Source: Priapulus caudatus
Lineage: Eukaryota
Reading direction: 5' to 3'
Length of the DNA: 64,000 nt
Assembly: GCF_000485595.1 (NCBI RefSeq)
Contig: NW_014577062.1
Location: forward strand, 125,887 to 189,886
Part shown: positions 13,465 to 31,711 of the stretch, piece by piece
Layout of the letters: each line of letters begins with the position of its first letter
Numbering within the stretch: position 1 is the first letter of the stretch
Program-made: the position numbers and the translations under genes
Notes under the pieces: generated by a model
What the model was told of the DNA's origin: nothing
The model's input: the letters and a program-made list of their open reading frames with translations, nothing else
Databases searched by the model: none

Positions 13465-13755
13465 AATATATGTCAATATATTGGAGAAACCGGCCGAAAA
13501 TTTGAAATCCGCCTTAAAGAACATAAAAAGGACGTAGACACCGTAGCTCCTAAATCTTCTACAAGAGCCCAACGAAAACAGTCGGCTACCGAAATAACCA
13601 AATCCGCGATCACGGACCACGTAGCGAAGGACACTCACACGATCGATTGGGATATTTCGAAGATCATCGATCGCGAGCCAATCAAGATCAGGCGCTGGAT
13701 TAAAAAGGCCATCTGGATCCGCTAGACCCCGAACATCAACCGTGACGAGTGGGGA
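13465..13755 (+). mobile_element. Penelope-like retroelement GIY-YIG endonuclease fragment (degenerate)
   Basis: CQYIGETGRKFEIRLKEHKK...SAITDHV...HTIDWD..KIIDRE...RRWIKKAIWIR*..NINRDE; premature stop; corrupted copy at ~19440-19745 and continuation GGYRLRHVW at ~20185-20310. Confidence 0.85.
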
Positions 13756-16677
13756 TCACTGATCTCTACTATACTAACTGGATAGCTCCATATAGATATA
13801 GAAGAGAAGAATCTTCTCTTATATATCTATGATAGCTCTTAGCCGATCCACGCTAGTACGGTAGGGAAGATAGCTGGGGCGGTAGAAGAAGAGGGAGGGT
13901 GAGCGAGGGACAGGGGAAGCAAGGGAAAGGACGCAAGGGCATAAAGTAGGGGTTTTGTACTCTACATGCTAAAGCGCTCTCCTAATTATAAACACAGGTC
14001 TACTGATAAATATTTATTAGAGAAATCTATGCTGAGATGCCCCCTAACCATATTAAATGCATATTCATCACAAAATATAACTCCTCTGGTGAGATATTGC
14101 GCATGCGCCGCTAACACACTAACGTAGCCAAATTGTGTACTGGCTGGTATACGCAGCGGGGACCATTTATGCAAGGTCTTCCTCCAATTTCTTAAGCGAT
14201 GTCTACTGATGGAATGTTATCATATAAATCTATGCTAGGATAACTCCTCTTCATTTTAAATGCATAATCTTTGCAAAATATAATTGTTCTAGCGGGAAGA
14301 AATTGCGCATGCGCGCGCGCCGTGTCAGGCGTGCAGTACCGTCAGAAGAAAACTTCATAATATAGCTTGCTAAGGGAGAAAGGGAGTGGGAGACTGAGGA
14401 AAAGCGGTATGGAAGATAGCTGGGGCGGTAGAAGAAGAGGGATGCTGAGCGAGGGATAGGTGAGGCAAGGGTAAGGACGCGAAAACATAAAGTAGGTGTT
14501 TTGCACCCTACAGGCTAAGGCGCTCTCCTAATTATAAACACAGGTCTACTGATAAAAATTTATTAGAGAAATCTATGCTGAGATACCCCCTAACCATATT
14601 ATGCATATTCATCACAAAATGTAACGCCTCTGGTCAGGTATTGCGCATGCGCTAACACACTAACGTAGTCAAATTGTGTACTGGCTTGTATACGCAACGG
14701 GGACCTTACATTCAAGGTCTTCCTCCTATTTCTTAAGTGATGTTTATTGATGGAATGTTATTATATAAGTCTATGCCAGGATAACTCCTCTTCATTTTAA
14801 ATGCATAATCTTTGCAAAATATATATTTTCTCGGGAGATATTGCGCATGCGCGCTCACCGTGTCAGGCGTGCAATACTGACTGAGGAAAACTTCATAATA
14901 TAGCTCGCTGAGGGAGAAAGGGGGTGGGAGACTAAGGAAAGGCGGCAGGGAAGATAGCTGGGGCGGTAGAAGAAGAAGGAGGCTGAGAGATGGGACAGGG
15001 GAGGCAAGGGGAAGGCCGCTATGGCATAAAGTAGGTGTTTTGTACCCTAGGCTAGGGCGTTATGCTAACTATAAACACAAGTCTACTGATAATAATTTAT
15101 TAGAGAAATCTATGCTGAGATACCCCCTAACTATATTAAATGCATATTTATCACAAAATGTAACTCCTCTGGTGAGATATTGCGCATGCACTAACACACT
15201 AACGTAGTCAAATTGTGTACTGGCTTGTATACGCAGCGGGGACCTTACATTCAAGGTCTTCCTCCTATTTTTTAAGTTATGTCTACTGATGGAATGTTAT
15301 CATATAAATCTATGCCAGGATAACTCCTCTTCAGTTTAAATGCATAATTTTTGCAAAATATAAATTTTCTGGAGAGATATTGCGCATGCGCGCGCACTAT
15401 GTCAGGCGTGCAATACGGACTGAGGAAAACGTCATAATATAGCTTGCTGAGGGAGAAAGAGGGTGGGAGACTGAGGAAAAGCGGCAAGGAAGATAGCTGG
15501 GGCGGTAGAAGAAGAAGGAGGCTGAGAGATGGCATAGGGGAGGCAAGGGGAAGGACGCTAGGGCATAAAGTAGGTGTTTTGTACCCTAGGCTAGGGCGCT
15601 CTGCTAACTATAAACACAGGTCTACTGATAAGAATTTATTAGAGAGATCTATGCTGAGATACCCCCTAACCATATTAAATGCATATTCATCACAAAATGT
15701 AACTCCTCTGATGAGATATTGCGCATGCACTAACACACTAACGTAGCCAGATTGTGTACTGGCAATTGTATACGCAGCGGGGATCCTACATGCAAGGTCT
15801 TCCTCCTATTTCTTAAGTGATGTCTACTGATGAAATGTTATTATATAAATCTATGCTAGGATAACTCCTCTTCGTTATAAATACATAATCTTTGCAAAAT
15901 ATTATTTTTCTCGAGAGATATTGCGCATGCGCGCGCACCGTGTCTGGTGTGCAATACGGACTAAGGAAAACTTCATAATATAGCTTGCTGAGAGAGAAAG
16001 GGGGTGGGAGACTAAGGAAAGGCGGTAGGGAAGATAGCTGGGGGCGGTAGAAGAAGAGGGAGGCTGAGCGAAGGACAGGGGAGGCAAGGGGAAGGACGCT
16101 AGGGCATAAAGTAGGTGTTTTGTACCCTACAGGCTAGGGCGCTCTGATATAAACACAGGTCTACTGATAAAAATTCATTAGAGATATCTATGCTGAGATA
16201 CCCCCTACCCATATTAAATGCATATTCATCACAAAATATAACTCCTCTGGTGAGATATTGTGCATGCGCTAACACACTAACGTAGCTAGATTGTGTACTG
16301 GCTCGTATATGCAGCGGGATCTTACATGCACGGTCTTCCTCCTATTTCTTAAGTGATGTCTACTGATGGAATGTTATCATATAAATCTATGCTAGGATAA
16401 TTCCTCTTCATTTTAAAGGCTATCACCCACCTAATTATCTCCCTTTCCATCGACCCGCATGTCCCCATCTCCCGATCAATATTCTTTGCTTTATCTCTTT
16501 CTCTTTTATACTAATTCTCAATCTTCTATATAGATCCTCACTGTTGCACTGCATTTCCCCTCCAATGCCCATTTTTATCGACATCTGGCTTCCTTATCAA
16601 CCTACGATTTTTCGGGCATATCCTTCACCTTCAGACGACATCTTATCCAGGAGTTCAGAAAGCGAATAAAGGACTTA

Positions 16678-16682
<5 letters not shown>

Positions 16683-16731
<49 letters not shown>

Positions 16732-16887
16732 CTGTCATGATGTGTGTGTGTGGTGTGTGTGATTTGTGTGTTGTGTTGTGTGTGTGCGTGGTGTGTGTGT
16801 GTGTGTGTGTTGTGGTCTGTTGTGTGTGTGGTGTGGTGTGTGTGTTGTGCGGTTGGTGGTGTGTGTGTGTGTGTGTGTGTGTGTGTG
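16683..16887. repeat. Imperfect (GT)n microsatellite
   Basis: Direct reading. Confidence 0.95.
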
Positions 16888-17279
16888 CAAATATGGCAAA
16901 ACTTTCAACATCAAAACCATCATTATATATATATAGTATACTATATTATATATTCAAGCGAGACTTATGATTGAAGTATTAAAGCCTCATGGAATTAGAT
17001 ATTTAACAATGGCACTGTAATAATTCCTTAAACAAAAACCACTTCCAAATGAAGCTTATAATATAGTATCTACAGACACACACACACATATAAATACATT
17101 ATACATTATATATATATATATAATATAGATTATATATACTTACACATATAGTACAGTTTAAACCTATCAACTTCATGACATCAAATATTCTATCAAAGTA
17201 TATAGCATAAAATCACTTTTTGAACTTGTTGCAACATTATTTAGAAGGAGAGAAGAAAGAGGAATACAAAAGGGAGAGG

Positions 17280-18112
17280 GAGATGCTGGCGTTCGACCAT
17301 GGTTACGAACGTGCGGGGAGAAGAGTCAGGTTGGCCACTATTACTGCCTTAATGGCCGAGCTACGACTACGAAATCCTGCCAATCCTGTTTTAACTTCCT
17401 GAGAGTACAAGCCTAAATCGATGTCTTGATGAGGCTCTCGCTAGCCAAGACTTGGTCCAAGAGTGCCCAAACAAGGACACCATGTATAGGAAGGCTATAG
17501 ACAGCCAGGCGACTTGAAGATTGGCAGTTACTTATGCGCACCATAGCAACTGGTGACAAGTATGCCAGTATGAAGTTTGACTTCAGAGTTCTTCATAACA
17601 CCGATGTCTGTCCTAGTACGAGGCGCCAGTCAATTCTGCCAGGCCATTGCAGATGAGCTACAAAGGAAGGAAGTCATCAGCTGTCGATGCTCCCCTTGAA
17701 GAAGGGCGTGCGTTACTACACAATGTTGCACGAGATGGAAGCGTCCCTCATGCGCGTGGGTAGCCTTGTATTGAAGAAACATGTTGCCTGCAGCAAAGCC
17801 AGCGCGAACAGTGAAAGCCTTTATCACAAGCTAAAAGGCTTTTTTACCATTGTTCTAATGGGGCCTGCGTCGATGCGGATTATAGAAGTTCCTCATGGGT
17901 AGACTGTTGGAGGGCACGGACACATAGTCAGATGCAGAGATCCTTCAATGTAATTCAGAGCCTGAAATGACGTGCCTACGTAGATGGGGACCGCGATCTT
18001 GTTGTCTTCCTCAGCAGACCCCCTACCAAATGACGACAGGGACATGCCATATTTCTGCCTGGCGTGATGCATGCGTTCGCCGATGCGGACCCAACATGAT
18101 AAAGCCTACTAG
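17280..18112 (+). mobile_element. PIF/Harbinger transposase (DDE_Tnp_4) fragment with many frameshifts
   Basis: Pieces across frames: LMAELRL, DTMYRKAI, ATGDKYASMKFDFRVLHNT, CQAIADEL, KHVA..ANSESLYH..KGFFTIVLM, PLPNDDRDMPYF, IKPT. Confidence 0.8.
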
Positions 18113-18589
18113 AAAAGCCGACTAAAAAAACAAACTAGAAAGCCAAACTAGAAGAAACAGATCCAGGATAGTCATTATTTTAATAATACTACGCATATAT
18201 ACATATAGCCATATAAGAAATCATGAACATCATTACTCACTAATGTCTCAAATTGATAACATAACATTTTTAATTTTTATTTTAGTTTTCTTCCAAGATA
18301 TGATATACTATATTGACCCAATCGTAGTATAGTTATATATCTATATATATATAAGTATATACTTAATACTACTAATATATATATAGTTATATAACATTAT
18401 GAACATATTATCATTAACATATCAAACGTATAACACAAAAACAAACACTCTCCTCTGTATTATGCATCTATTCTTTCTCTCGCTCTCGCTCTCTCTCTCT
18501 CTCTCTGCTCTCAGCGTCTCTCTCTTCTCTCGTGCTGCCTCTCGCTCTCTCTCTCTCTTCTCTCTCTCTCTCTCCTCTCTCTCTCGTCG

Positions 18590-19850
18590 CATCTCTCGTC
18601 TCGCTCTTTCTCCCCATTTCTATCTCTCTCTCCATCTCGCCCATCGCTAGGCCTATGATACGACGATGATTTGGGTTTGGTGATGGATATGCAATCCCAA
18701 AGCTGTCTGTCTAAGATATTTAGAAAGAGCGCAAATGTATATATATAGTATATTATAGCGTATACGTTTTGTATATAATTCCAATCTGCTTAATGTAAAT
18801 CTGACTCATGAAAATGCTTCAGAATAACAAATCGTAGCAAACGTTGAAAGTAATACGACAGTTTAGTGTAACTAGCGTAGTTTAGGGCGAATAGATAATG
18901 AATTAGCTCGCAACACTATGAACCTCTCCCTTTTTGTAACACTTACCTACCTTCACCCCACTGCGACTTTTCATATTTCATCAGTTCAGCTTCTTCTTCA
19001 GCGCCTAGAGCAGTAGAGCGCGTCTAGCCAAATGTGTTATTTGATGAAATCTGTAGCATTTAACATGGGGAGGCAAATACTCTCTTCAACATTGGGCTGG
19101 TGTCAGGAAGCGGAAGGGGCTTTAAACAAGGGGGTTACAAAATTAGTAACTTGTTAAAGAAAGACTCTATCCGAAGTAGATTTGCAGTCGCTTTTATCTG
19201 CAGCGCTGTGCTGGAGTCGCATTACAACCCTACTCGCAATATGAGGTTTAGACTCTCCCGTTGGGTTTCTTAATATTCCGCGTCGTCGGACCTGCAATCA
19301 TGGCGCCTGGTTTTTGGGCATGTGGCTACCGTCTGTTTGGCATACAGTCCTGAATTATGTTTCGCTGGTCTGATATCGGTGTCGTCCACGCGCCACGATG
19401 AGGTGGCATAAATGGTTTAGACTCACCCGGGTCGCGGAGGACCAATATGATCTGTCGAATATATTGCGAGAAGACCGGCCGAAAATTTGAAATCCGTCCT
19501 TAAAGAACATAAAAAGGACGTAGACACCGTAGCTCCTAAATCTTCTTACAAGAGCCCAACGAAAACAGTCGGCTACCGAAATAACAAATCCGCCGATCCA
19601 CGGACCACGTAGCGAAGCGACACTCACCCGATCGATTGGGACATTTCCGAGATCATCGATCGCGGAGCCAAATCCAAGATCAGGCGCTGCGATTAAAAAG
19701 GCCATCTGGATCCGCTAGACCCGAACATCAACCGTGACGAGTGGGCGATCACTGATCTCTACTATACTAACTGGATAGCTCCATATAGATATAGAGAGAG
19801 AGAATCTTCTCTTATATATCTATGATAGCTCTTAGCCGATCCACGCTAGT
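18590..19850 (+). repeat. Insertion-riddled copy of 12690-13857
   Basis: Colinear with the earlier copy but carrying numerous scattered 1-nt insertions. Confidence 0.9.
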
Positions 19851-19864
19851 TCGTATAGCTGATA

Positions 19865-20156
19865 GAGTCTATGTCCCCCAGGGTACTGCCGGAACGTACC
19901 CTGGGCACGGTCCTGTATACCGGAACGTACCCTGGTACTAAATACTACTATCTAATATGCCAGACCCGTACTCGCCTACTTCACTAACGAGTCTAGGGAG
20001 TTGCCTAAGCCTATCTACCCTAACCCCTAACCCGCTAACTCTCCAACCCGTTAAACGCCTTAGACGCCCTAACCCTAACCCTAACCCCAACCCTAACCAT
20101 ATCAGCTAGATAGTTACCAGGGTACGTTCCGGCAGTACTCTGGGGGACATAGACCC
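19865..20156. mobile_element. MITE with ~40-bp TIRs and internal CCCTAA repeats
   Basis: gagtctatgtcccccagggtactgccggaacgtaccctgg / ccagggtacgttccggcagtactctgggggacatagaccc, TA flanks; related partial copy at 60001-60138. Confidence 0.8.
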
Positions 20157-22360
20157 TATGAGCGTTAGGGCTGGTAGAGATCAGTGGTGGGGATACAGAC
20201 TCAGACACGTGTGGACCAAACTGCTGACCACTACACCATCTGGTGGTCAAAACTGATGAAGTGATTGAAAAAGCTTCCTGATAGAAGCTAGGCGAAACGT
20301 CAACAGTAGCCTACGTTTTGAATCAACACGGTTGAGTAAAATTTAACCAAGATAGATCAATATATGTCAGATCTTGTAAAGGGTAAAGTTGGTTAAAACC
20401 CAGAATGTAATAGGAAGCCAGTGCTGCTGTACTACGTAATTTCTTGTTGAATCTTCATAATGTTTGTTATATAGACGGTTTATATTGTTCTAGATTGTTC
20501 TGGCTCAAAAATGTCCGGGAAGAATCTAGAATATGTTTCCAAGATGTTTGAGAGTATTCTAAAATATTTTGAAATGTGGTTGTAGAATATCTACTACTCA
20601 TATATATATATAGTCTGGCGTTCATCTACGTCCCGTTTTCGTTATGGCACCTCTTATACAGTACTCTTTTAGAGAATGTTCTGGAATGTGCCCCACTTTT
20701 AGTCACTGTCCTTCTTTATTTTGTTCAAGTATTCCGCCCGCCTTCATCTGTGCTTCTTTCCCACCTCCGGCCACCCTCAACATCATTCTGCCGCCATCTT
20801 TGTTGGTCCCCAGGTACGTTGGCTTTGCCACGGCCACCCTGCTACTTCATTCTGCTCATCTTCCCGTCCGAGACTTCCTCCGCCCCTTTCCATACACCTC
20901 ATAGACACTCGATCCCCCTTCATTACACTCATCTTTAGATTAGTCCTCCTAGTACATTTCCTGTGCCCGCAATTCTGCTCATCTCTATGTACGTGAACCG
21001 GCGAGTGCATATGGTGAAAGGCCACGAGTCTTGACGAAGATTAAATTAGTAAATTTTCCCGCCTGCTATAGCGCAAATGCGGGTGTACTTACCCAGCGGA
21101 AACAGAGCGACCGTCTGGCACCGCAGTCGTTTGGGCAAGCCATTGGAATAGACATTAACTTCTATTTCTATTTATGTTTCTATTTTTATTTATGTAGGCC
21201 AAATCAGCTCTAGGAATACGTTCGCCACGGCAGAAAATCCATAATCAAATGTCTGCGCCTGACGTTAAGTGACCTGAGAGGTTAATCTAATATATAGCCT
21301 ATATCCTAACCAGAGACCACGCACATGTTTATAAATAAAGTTTTTGGGTGTCTCCATTTGGATGTGATTTGCGGACTTACGCTTTGTATATACTTTATTT
21401 ATATAGATTTGTAATAGGCGTATGATATCAGAATATCTTGATGAAATGTAAATACAAACAAAATATTGCTGTGCACAGGTTATTTTTACTGGATTTTTGT
21501 CAATATACAAACACTCCTCACTCTACTGTCTAGGCTTGCGTAGACCAAGTACTTGTCCTACTTACTACGTTACCACCTCCGTATGAAACAGTTTCACAGA
21601 ATCAATGAAGATAAACGGACAAAAAATTATCCAGATGATATTTATTTGAGAAAGAAATGAAGGACGTAAGACTGGGCAGTTAATATTTTCTTGGTATTGA
21701 TTTTGACGATTTAGCTTTAGCTTTCTAGTTGCCCACAACGGATGAAATCTAACTGAGTTTAAATACTACAAGAATGTACGTAGCAAAGCGAAAGTGAAAT
21801 GAAGGAGTCCTGATTGCTGTATAGTGGGCAACTGAAAGCCGGGCTCGAAAGCCGATTAGTAAGCTGTGATTTTCAGAAATGCGACAGAAGACGAACACAC
21901 ACACACACACGCACGCACACACATTTTGCACATTGGTGAATATTATTGCAGAATCAGGCAAGGCGAGCAATAACTATGCATTGATGCACGTGTTACTATG
22001 TTGATTAGAACGCTAAACGACACCCCACTCAGCAATAATATCCACCCTAATTTGACAGTTTTTACAACAGCACAGTAAACGCTGACGATGACAGTACAAC
22101 GATTCATCTTTAACAAGAATCCATTTAGTCAACAAAATCAACCCATCGCTTGCAGTATCAGCGTCCTGAGGTGCAACGACGTTGTGCAGCTGGTGAACGG
22201 AGCACTACACTACGTCGTATTAACGGTGCTTCAACTTTGGTGTTTGATCCAGAGGCTTAGTGATGTCGTGACACTTCAGCGATGCGGAGTTTCCCGACCT
22301 CATGGTCCCCGCGCGGGATGGTGCTGTTTGGCGGGTGTCACCCATTCCTGATCGCGGTGT

Positions 22361-27279
<4,919 letters not shown>

Positions 27280-27435
27280 GGTGATGTGTGTTTAGGAAAG
27301 ACGGTGCTGTGATCAGCTGAAGCACGGAGGCACTCTCAGGAATGACTAGCGACGATGAGGCTAGAGCACCAAGATGAATGCACACGCTCGTCCTCGGCGC
27401 AAGCCCGCCTATAAGAAGACGGCAAAGTTCTAGCA

Positions 27436-27445
27436 CCATTTTTGG
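27436..27445. promoter_or_regulatory. CArG box (SRF site) upstream of the myosin light chain gene
   Basis: CCATTTTTGG is a perfect CC(A/T)6GG about 160 bp upstream of the ATG exon; CANNTG boxes nearby. Confidence 0.6.
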
Positions 27446-29087
27446 AAATCAACTCAGAACACATTGCGCAGATGCCATCCGACCATTATAGCTGAAATCG
27501 TATACTCTGTCTCCCTTTCGCTTGCATATGTAAAAGGTGCTGTAGGCCACCCCCTTGCAGCATGTGGCACGGGTGAGACTATTTTCGGCATATTGGGACG
27601 TTCGCGTGCGTGCAATAGGAATCCGACGAGGGCGGAAACTCATGAAAATACTTCAGGGCTAGACGAAGTAGGACAGGCCATGCGAGCGACGGCAACATTT
27701 TACCTCTCCGACGCCTAATAATTAACTTGCGCGCGTGAGCGGCATAGGTCTAACGTAGGCGTTCGTCAGAGAGCGTACGGAACACGGCCTTACAGTATTG
27801 TTTATCCGCGCCGGTGACCGCTACCAACCGACAATGGAATTGTTTATTTGTATGTTTGCAGGGATTCGTTTTGCTGGTTTCTGTCCATTCGGTAGAACTC
27901 TGCTTCAACGGGCGGACATCTGTTGCGCCCAGTCAATGTGAAACGACGGCCAAGAGTATTTAAGCAAAATATTATTCTTTGGATATTTGTGTGGTTATTG
28001 TTACTTAAGTCGGAGCGCCGAAGCCGCTAAGAACTCCCTGCGTCATACTATTATACGACACGATATATATATATATACATAAGAAGCGCAAATAAACATC
28101 TTTGTACGCATGTTGTGTAACTCTATCTTTCGAGTTGCCTCAATGGCGTAACTCTGTTGCAGACGTGAATGCATTGTATTAACTTTTTGTTGTTGACCGT
28201 AAAGCTAACCCCATCACCCCGCTCGAAAGCCATCAATGGCCATTGAACAGCTGGGCGAAAGACGTAATGAGTGCACGAATAACTCTTAACAAGAGTACAC
28301 ATATACTACTAGGGCATTTCTCCGTTGGAACTATACTACCTCGTATGCATATCGGTATCTAATATATCGCGAGAGAGCACACTCTTGCGCTGTCAGTTAT
28401 CTAGGGCTCTCAGTAAACATTGTTACACACAGTGCAAACATAGTGTAGTGGGTAGAAAGGAACCTGATGAGTTGAAACGATACATCGCTTATCCAAGCTA
28501 GGTTACTAGCATCAAGCCGCAAAATTGCTACCGGTTAACGTCTATCTGTTTATAGTGAGAGACGAGCATCTGCATGCAGACCTCATCTATAGCAGGCTAT
28601 CACCGATACTGGATCAAGCGTCTGCTAACCCAACAATGACGGGACAGTGATAGGTGAACAACAAGTTTATAGCGACATATTCAAGAAGATTGCGTCTTGC
28701 GGTGAGAACCGACATATAACGACAGTCTGCCTCTCTGGACACCACAAGCAGAGAACTATAGTAGAAGAGGCCCTTTTTTCTTTTTTCTTTCGTGGAAGGG
28801 AAATCTAACGCGGAGGTTGGAAGAGAGCGTATGTACTGGAGGTTCCCGCTCGCAGAGATGGGTGAGTTGCTTTGAATAACATGAGTTCTCCCGTACACAC
28901 TACGCTTCGCACGAATACGCCAAAGAATAGGTAGAGTCGATATTGGTGGGTAATGCATGGTGGGTCGCTTATGCATGGGTAGTGCGTGTATGTATAGATG
29001 ATGTGTGTGCGTGTATGTATAGATGATGTGTGTGCGTGTGTGCGTGCGCACGTACGTGGCTCTGCTCAGTCCCTTCACGCCCTCCGC

Positions 29088-29139
<52 letters not shown>

Positions 29140-29760
29140 AGAGACTATACGGTTTTCGTGCGCTTATTCAGATTATAACTCGGGTTCGTTCTGTATGTAT
29201 TGCGCGCAGGGCACATCGACAGCAATACCGTGCAACCGACCGGATATAACAAGCATCTGGATGTCTTAAACATGACTGGCTGCAGGCCACGCGATGCTTA
29301 CTGGGGCTACATGCTGAGCGATTGCTGCAGATTTCGCTAGTGACTGTAGACGCTTAGGGCCAACTATCTTTGGCAAATGACCAGAAGCTTCTTCGGCGGG
29401 ATCTATAAATTGCGAATGATTTGCTCTGTAGAGCGAGCTATATGCGCGCTCGCTCATTACACTGGCCCTCTTCCCGCGTCTGATGGAATCCTACGATGTA
29501 CGAATAACTACCAGGTCGTAGTATTTTCTATTCTAACGAATATAATATAAATATAATGTATAGCGATGCCTAAATTCTGTATATTCGCAGGAATATAGTC
29601 CACGTATTCTCAATGTCATTGCTTGGATATCTAGAACATAAACGAATCACCGCATGCACGCACGCAGCGCACGCACGACGCACGCACGGCAGCTGCACGC
29701 GACACGCCACACACAGCACCGCACAGCACGCCGCACGCACAGGCACCACACACACACACA

Positions 29761-29809
<49 letters not shown>

Positions 29810-31711
29810 TCCATCGCAAGTATCCACCGCATAGTATCAAGTTAACGAACCTCTATGTTGAATGATTGTTTTAACAGGAAAGAACATGCTACATTACAAC
29901 TTTTAACTGTACCTCCGCAACCAGGTCATGGGCTACCATATAATTGTTTTTACCAGAAGTTCTATGTATTTTGTTACAAAACATTCTCCCTATGTGCCAA
30001 TCTTTATTCCTGCCAAACTGCCCTTACATGCGTTGACTTGTTTCTCACGTGATTTCAGTCGACTTGGAGTTAAAATTAAACCAACCATTTACAAAAAAGT
30101 GGCGTGCTGCATAAATACCAGCTAGCGTACAGTGCAGGATATTCCATATGGATGCCGACTGTTTACGAAGCTTCAACTAGAATTATACAACTTAAAGTAC
30201 ACTATGTCCGCAAAAAAAATCGAAAGATGATACTCAAAAACACTAAATTGAAGCAGCGCAGAACCGCCGCGCAGCGCCAAATCGAGTGAGCGTCAAGTGA
30301 GAGTCACACCAAGTACTGAGAAGTTACGCCAGTAGTAGGCCCGATACACTACACCGATAAACGAGCAAGATCGAGTTACGTGTGTCGACGAGGGCGGTGT
30401 TTAAGGGACAGCATCTACCATGTGCTGCCTGCGTGAGATGTCTGTGCAGCACCCATGAACCGACATTGGCAAATTTCACTCTACCGTGATGAAGTTCGTC
30501 CGTGATCTTAACACGAAAGATACCGCTGCATCGATATGATGATACGCACGAGATTGACATCGGATGTGGAATAGGTAGCAGAGACCCTGGTGTGCATGGG
30601 TAATTTAGCTACACGCTAACTTGATAATCTGAAACCCCTGAATTACTATACCACGAGTCGTGTACATTTTAAACCAAAGTATTCTGCATTAGACATTTAC
30701 ATACAGAGAATTGAGCCAGTCTATAGAAATTTCATTAACCTCAAATGTTTAATTAATTTTGCGTGATTAATATTGCTTTAATGTTTGAGGGGGTTCCATT
30801 TAATGTCTCCCAGGTAAAAAATATTTAAGTTACCAGTTTCCGGTTAATTAAAATCGTGGTTTCGGCTTTCCCGCGTTCCGGTTGACATCTATTATTATCT
30901 AGTCACAAAAAGGTATCTGGTATATATCCCGGTTTCTAGATAATTAAAATAGTCCAATCCCGTATCACCAAATTAACAGTTCCCTCCTTGTCATAAATAG
31001 TTATGACAATTTATGATGCTTCTGTCAATGGCCCCAGCTTTCTAACGTTTGCAGTTGCTAAGCTAACTCAATAACAAAAAAAAGCATGGTTTGCATGTTT
31101 TAATTTCTCGAAGAGATGGCTTAAATAGCAAGTATATAAATGCAATCTGAACAGGAACACCAGCGATAGCGTGATGATTTTTAATAAGTACACATATACC
31201 AGGCATTGCTTTTCGCTAGTATCGATTACTGTGATCTATATACACTTCAAGTTAGGTGGTCATCACCATTCATCATCATCATCAACATCATCATCAATCA
31301 CCATCATCATCATTATCATCTTCTTCATCATCATCATCACGTCATTCGCGTTCGCGGCCCAGCCGACGAGAGTTACTAAAGGAATGCGCTCCACACATAA
31401 CACACAAATATTCGGATACTTTCACTGTTTGTGTCGTAGCTTTTATTATATATCACAATAAAATATTCTATATTTACATTTCTCAGCGTTATATTTGATA
31501 TTGACATACACACACATTAGAGTTTTTCATGTTGACACAAAATTTCATCGGTTAATTACGATGACACGCCACGGTAATAAAGATACAAACTATATTTCGC
31601 AGCATATAGACACCATGCAGAGCAACACGACATCAAAACCCATGCACGGCTAAGATATCTGAGAAGACACAGCTAACGAAAGAACACGTTTTAGAACGCT
31701 GGCGCTCGCTT

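Larger units (their letters stand above)
9808..16416 (+). repeat. Interrupted ~540-bp satellite array (blocks 9808-10500, 11594-12278, 13860-16416)
   Basis: Periods 538, 539, 541 between 14306, 14844, 15383, 15924; 9808-10766 is almost identical to 15725-16684. Confidence 0.93.

Noticed and set aside
183..16416. Recurrent ORFs (MPPLS..., MLREK...) and a CRISPR-like reading of the repeats
   Set aside because: They are translations of satellite monomers; there are no unique spacers or cas genes and the DNA is eukaryotic.
20400..20960. Possible LTR and LINE ORF2 remnants
   Set aside because: Too degenerate to delimit or classify by eye.
28464..28480. CTGATGAGTTGAAAC hammerhead-like core
   Set aside because: No room for stem II and no clear stems I/III.
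29301..29403. AG...GTAAGC-bounded open segment on the minus strand
   Set aside because: No recognisable homology or partner exons.
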